NCBI GenBank assembly: GCA_039794465.1 | Contig: JAYWIP010000231.1 | Coordinates: 1-63,967, forward strand | Source: Nitrospira sp. | GTDB lineage: Bacteria > Nitrospirota > Nitrospiria > Nitrospirales > Nitrospiraceae | Length of the DNA: 63,967 nucleotides | Reading direction: 5' to 3' | Part shown: one piece after another, positions 60,142 through 63,967 of the stretch | Layout: every line of letters begins with the position of its first letter | Numbering within the stretch: position 1 is the first letter of the stretch | Program-made: the position numbers and the translations under genes | The notes under the pieces: generated by a model | What the model was told of the DNA's origin: nothing | Seen by the model: the letters and a program-made list of their open reading frames with translations, nothing else | The model's database searches: none

Positions 60142-60204
60142 CGTGAAGCGTATCTCGCAAACAAGAACTGCTTCAGTCCTGCGCTTCACGCTTCACGAGA
60201 TACG
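60142..60204. repeat. Palindromic heptamer-unit element, copy 2
   Basis: Same arms as 56781-56857 with a different spacer. Confidence 0.8.
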
Positions 60205-60294
60205 GAATACGGATTCAGATTAGCATGCAGGAAAGAGCGTAGACAATGAGCGTTCTCCACTGCTATCGTCGGACATCACAACACGGAGTATCCG

Positions 60295-60612
60295 ATGCCT
60301 AATCCAAGAATTGACCCGCTGAAAAAAATCCTCGCCATGGACCCGAACGACGATATGGCCTGGTTCGGCCTCGGCAAGGCCTACATGGACGATGGAAACT
60401 TTGAAGAGGCCGCCACGGCGTTGCGGCAGTGCGTCACGGTCAAGCCCACCTATTCCGCCGCCTACTTCGCGCTGGCGCAGTCCCTCCATACGCTCAACCG
60501 CCTGGACGAATGCCGTACCGTCATTGCAACCGGCATCGAAGTCTCCACGAAGAACGGCGATGCGATGGTGACGAAGAATTTGGAAGCGATGAAGAGTTCA
60601 CTGCCGTCGTGA
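60295..60612 (+). CDS. Small TPR protein
   Basis: DPNDDMAWFGLGKAY, PTYSAAYFALAQ. Confidence 0.85.
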   Translation: MPNPRIDPLKKILAMDPNDDMAWFGLGKAYMDDGNFEEAATALRQCVTVKPTYSAAYFALAQSLHTLNRLDECRTVIATGIEVSTKNGDAMVTKNLEAMKSSLPS

Positions 60613-61202
60613 CAACGCGCCGCTCTTCCGCCTCCCCCTTCCGCCTGCCTCAGTGGGCCATCCACCTGGCGCGGAGCCAGCACAACCCGTTTCTAACCAA
60701 AGAAAGCCGCATGCGGCTTGTCATCGCATTGGCCTCAACCAATGTGGCGAGAGGAACCGGCGGCCCGTTCGGCGCGGCTGTCTTCGAATGCCGCACTGGC
60801 CAGCTGGTCGGGATTGGAGTCAACGTCATTGAATCAACCAATTGCTCGCACGCCCACGCGGAGATGGTCGCCATCGCCGCCGCCCAACAAGCCGTCGGCA
60901 ATTTCGACCTTGGAGCAGAAGGCATGCCGAAGCATGAGCTCGTGACCAGCTGCGAGCCCTGCGCCATGTGCTACGGCGCGATCCCCTGGTCCGGCGTCCG
61001 GCGGATGCTCTGCGGGGCCCGCGCCAGTGACGCGGAAGCGATTGGATTCGATGAAGGGGCTAAGCCGAAGCACTGGGTGGCGGAACTGAACAAACGAGGA
61101 ATCTCCGTCGTCCGCGATCTCTACCGAACACAAGCCGTCTCCGTCCTTCAGCGCTACAAAGCAGGCGGCGGCAGGATCTACGGCACCCGTCGGACGCGAT
61201 AA
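60609..61202 (+). CDS. Nucleoside/guanine deaminase (CDA superfamily)
   Basis: GGPFGA, AHAE, SCEPCAMC, IGFDEG; GTG overlaps the TPR stop codon. Confidence 0.88.
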   Translation: MTTRRSSASPFRLPQWAIHLARSQHNPFLTKESRMRLVIALASTNVARGTGGPFGAAVFECRTGQLVGIGVNVIESTNCSHAHAEMVAIAAAQQAVGNFDLGAEGMPKHELVTSCEPCAMCYGAIPWSGVRRMLCGARASDAEAIGFDEGAKPKHWVAELNKRGISVVRDLYRTQAVSVLQRYKAGGGRIYGTRRTR

Positions 61203-61216
61203 GCGCCGTCTTCAAG

Positions 61217-62062
61217 CTACAGGGTGTCCCGACAGACATCGATCATCCGTTCGCTCAGGCCTGCAACCGCTCCGGGGTTCTGAATCAAGACCCTTACACG
61301 CGGCTGAGTGCGCTGATGTTTCGCCCGTTCCACCAGTTCGACGTTTGCTAATCTCGTTCCCGCCTTCGACGGCAGCGGCTCCACATCCCACAGCGCAATC
61401 AGCACGGCGCTGACGTGGCGCAACGTCGTCAGCAACACGGTGACGGCGCCGGATAATGTTTTTAGATCCAGCCAGATTTCTTCCCGCCGACTGTTCACCC
61501 CGCTCCGCAGATCCGCACGAGGAATGGAGATCGTCAGGATCACCGGATCGCAGTAGTCGGCCAGTTGCTTCGCTTTCTGTTGAATGCGCGCGAGAATGTG
61601 ATGGATGAGAATCACGCCGCGATCCTCTTCTTCTCCTTGCTCTTCCTCTCTCGCCATGCCACGGAGTGGCACTCGTCGGCGCACCGATGATCCCACCATC
61701 GCCGTCACCTCGACGAAGAACCGTTCACGGCCCAAGCCGCACTCGAGATCGGCGGTGCGCGCTTGCGACTCCGGCAGAAACATAACGCGGACTCCCGCGC
61801 GAATCAGTTGCGTCGCCAACTCCATTTCCGCCAGCGCCGACTCGCGCACGCCGGGATCGTAGTGCGTGAGGCGATGCATGAGTCGTCCGAGCCGAAGATG
61901 GCTCGAATGATTGTCACAGTGGCGACGCAGCGCGTGCCACCGATCGTAAAGATCGCGAGAGAGCCCCTCTTCCTCCCGCTTCCAAGCAGGCATCTCTTGA
62001 GGGGGCGCGCCTCGCAGATGCGCAACCAGCCTTACGGTCTTTCTTGGGCGAAACCGTCCCAT
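61217..62062 (-). CDS. Hypothetical protein with a PD-(D/E)xK-like segment
   Basis: ELATQL...RTADLEC...FFVEVT...KAKQL pattern; ATG 62062 lies just after the upstream gene stop. Confidence 0.65.
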   Translation of the reverse strand: MGRFRPRKTVRLVAHLRGAPPQEMPAWKREEEGLSRDLYDRWHALRRHCDNHSSHLRLGRLMHRLTHYDPGVRESALAEMELATQLIRAGVRVMFLPESQARTADLECGLGRERFFVEVTAMVGSSVRRRVPLRGMAREEEQGEEEDRGVILIHHILARIQQKAKQLADYCDPVILTISIPRADLRSGVNSRREEIWLDLKTLSGAVTVLLTTLRHVSAVLIALWDVEPLPSKAGTRLANVELVERAKHQRTQPRVRVLIQNPGAVAGLSERMIDVCRDTL

Positions 62063-62064
62063 AA

Positions 62065-62394
62065 TCAGGCCACCGTGGAACCGCCCTCCTCGGTCGAGGA
62101 TCCGCCGAGGGCATCCGGCTGCCGCTTGGCGACTTCCTCGTACATGTCGTCGAGCCAGCGGCCGGCACAACCGAGCACCTCCCGCACCAGCGGCTCCGGC
62201 TGGCCGGTCCGTTTGATGGTCCATTGCGACACATATTCCATGAGGGCCTCCCGCTCAAATTGCCGGCTGGACTGCGTGGCCAACGTCACGAGTTCGCCCA
62301 AGCCGGTCTTCACGATCTCGGCAACCGTGTCCCGCCCGTAGGAGGTGCTGGCGGTCACGTATTGAATGGCCCGATTGATTTCTTGGTCGGTCAT
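62065..62394 (-). CDS. Hypothetical small helical protein
   Basis: 109-aa ORF with protein-like composition and an internal two-helix repeat. Confidence 0.7.
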   Translation of the reverse strand: MTDQEINRAIQYVTASTSYGRDTVAEIVKTGLGELVTLATQSSRQFEREALMEYVSQWTIKRTGQPEPLVREVLGCAGRWLDDMYEEVAKRQPDALGGSSTEEGGSTVA

Positions 62395-62543
62395 AGCGAT
62401 GACGTTGAAAACGTGTCACATTCCCTGCATCTCCGTCAATGCATCCGACCATGCGAGGCCCCTGCCACCAATTTTTCTCCTCTCCCCAACCAGACCGATG
62501 GTATGATCGTCCATCAGCCGATGTATTTCTCAAGGAGCATCCA

Positions 62544-63967
62544 ATGGCCGGATTAACCCGTACGCAACGCGCCACGAGACGCAGCCGTTCGACGTTTCCC
62601 GATCGGTGGAACTTGACCCAGCTGGTCAAAGACCCAGTCGTTGGCATCGATTCGCTGCTGGCCGACCTGGAATCAAAAGCAACCAAGATCGAAGCCGCGC
62701 GGGCGACGCTCGCCCCATCCATGTCAAGCCAGGATCTCCTCGCGCTGTTGCGTCTCAGCGAGGAAATCGCCCAAGGCTCGTCGCGTCTTGGCGCCTATGC
62801 CTACCTTCGATTTTCCGAAAACACGAAGGACTCGGGTGCGCGGTCGCTGAAAACACGGGTGGAGGAACGGCTGACAGGCCTGAACAATCGACTGCTCTTT
62901 TTCGAGCTCTGGTGGCAAAGTGTCGATGACGCCAATGCGGCGCGCCTGATGGCCGACGCGGGTGACTTGCGCTATCACCTGGAAACGATCCGGCGCTTCA
63001 AACCCCACACCTTGTCCGAACCGGAAGAAAAGATCATCAATCTCAAGAACGTCACCGGCCGGAGCGCGGTGCACACGCTGTACGATATTGTCACGAACGG
63101 ATTCACTTTCACGTTGGCGGTCGGCGGCAGGAAAAAGACGGTCACTCGTGAAGAGCTGATGACTTATGTGCGAAGCCCGAAGGCCTCCGTGCGACAGGCC
63201 GCCTATCAGGAACTCTATCGGGTCTTTGCCACCCAACGCGACTTGTTGGGGGAAATCTACAAGACGCTCGTGAACGATTTAAAATCGGAAAACCTCGGGC
63301 TCCGCCGATTTTCCGCTCCGATCACCAGCCGCAACCTGAGCAACGACGTGCCGGACCAGGCCGTCGATGTACTGCTGGCATCCTGCGCCAAGAACGCCGA
63401 CATCTTCCAAACGTATTTCACGTTGAAGGCCAAGATTTGCAAGATCAAGCCGATGAACCGCTACCATCTCTACGCGCCGCATCGTACGGAGTCGAAAACC
63501 TACAAATACGCCGACGCAGTCACGATGGTGCTCGACGCCTACCGCGGGTTCAGCCCTCGCCTGGCCGATTTGGCCGAACAAGTGTTTCGTGATCGGCACA
63601 TCGATGCCCCGACGAGGCCCGGCAAATTAGGCGGCGCCTACTGCTACAGCATCGTCCCCGGCATGACGCCCTATGTCATGCTCAATTACACTGGGGAAGC
63701 CCGTGATATTGCCACGATGGCGCATGAACTCGGTCATGCCGTCCATGGGATGCTGGCGAAAGACCACTCCGTCTTCACCTTTCACTCAACCCTCCCGCTC
63801 GCGGAAACCGCGTCTGTCTTCGGCGAGCGCATTTTGTCCGACGCCCTGATGTCTCAGGAGCGGAACAAGGCTGTGCAACAAGGGCTCTTGCTGAGCCAGT
63901 TGGACGACATGTACGCCACCGTGCTGCGGCAGGCTTATTTCGTCCGATTCGAAAAGCTGGCCCATCA
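62544..63967 (+). CDS. pepF: M3B oligoendopeptidase F (partial, runs off window)
   Basis: SD aaggag; manual translation FPDRWNL, PHTLSEPEEK, HIDAPTRPGKLGGAYC, TMAHELGHAVH, LAETASVFGE. Confidence 0.92.
   Translation, partial: MAGLTRTQRATRRSRSTFPDRWNLTQLVKDPVVGIDSLLADLESKATKIEAARATLAPSMSSQDLLALLRLSEEIAQGSSRLGAYAYLRFSENTKDSGARSLKTRVEERLTGLNNRLLFFELWWQSVDDANAARLMADAGDLRYHLETIRRFKPHTLSEPEEKIINLKNVTGRSAVHTLYDIVTNGFTFTLAVGGRKKTVTREELMTYVRSPKASVRQAAYQELYRVFATQRDLLGEIYKTLVNDLKSENLGLRRFSAPITSRNLSNDVPDQAVDVLLASCAKNADIFQTYFTLKAKICKIKPMNRYHLYAPHRTESKTYKYADAVTMVLDAYRGFSPRLADLAEQVFRDRHIDAPTRPGKLGGAYCYSIVPGMTPYVMLNYTGEARDIATMAHELGHAVHGMLAKDHSVFTFHSTLPLAETASVFGERILSDALMSQERNKAVQQGLLLSQLDDMYATVLRQAYFVRFEKLAH

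Noticed and set aside
56781-60204. Repeats as a CRISPR array or integron attC sites
   Set aside because: Only two copies 3.3 kb apart, no regular spacers, no cas or integrase gene, no clear RYYYAAC/GTTRRRY ends
58544-60223. 559-aa plus-strand ORF
   Set aside because: Antisense shadow of the HDAC and rhodanese genes

Overview
High-GC bacterial chromosomal segment. The gene complement suggests Nitrospira (actinobacterial-type Pup-proteasome operon in a lipid A-producing diderm, SmbP, standalone RRM protein); this is inferred, not searched. From left to right: (1) a minus-strand outer-membrane/lipid A cluster (bamA-skp-skp-fabZ-lpxA-lpxI-gnnA-like-lpxB-msbA-DUF374-waaA'); (2) galU-lon-thiL-DUF2062-HD dNTPase; (3) small accessory genes with a MITE-like element and a MazF remnant; (4) arc-dop-prcB-prcA-pafA-M23 with no pup gene; (5) thiS-thiG-thiE; (6) ffh-rpsP-rimM-trmD-rplS-rnhB-yraN-ftsEX-envC-ctpA; (7) uvrB, an RRM gene, an M28 peptidase and an HxlR/pirin/reductase module; (8) TolC, CPBP, RNase Z-like and uvrA; (9) HDAC-rhodanese-smbP-nitrilase-yqgE-CsgG/PDZ-DUF3422; (10) a deaminase, hypotheticals and a partial pepF. 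The best leads are a candidate programmed -1 recoding site (A9 run with A_AAA_AAC plus a hairpin) in the DUF374 acyltransferase, a complete proteasome/pupylation operon lacking its modifier with an HbYX-like tail on PafA, an in-frame REP-like insertion in UvrA, two MITE-like elements sharing a core and both abutting TAG stops, several leaderless-mRNA candidates, and a membrane-anchored MuF-like Cys-motif protein. I saw no rRNA, tRNA or CRISPR array. All calls come from motif recognition by eye; no searches were run.
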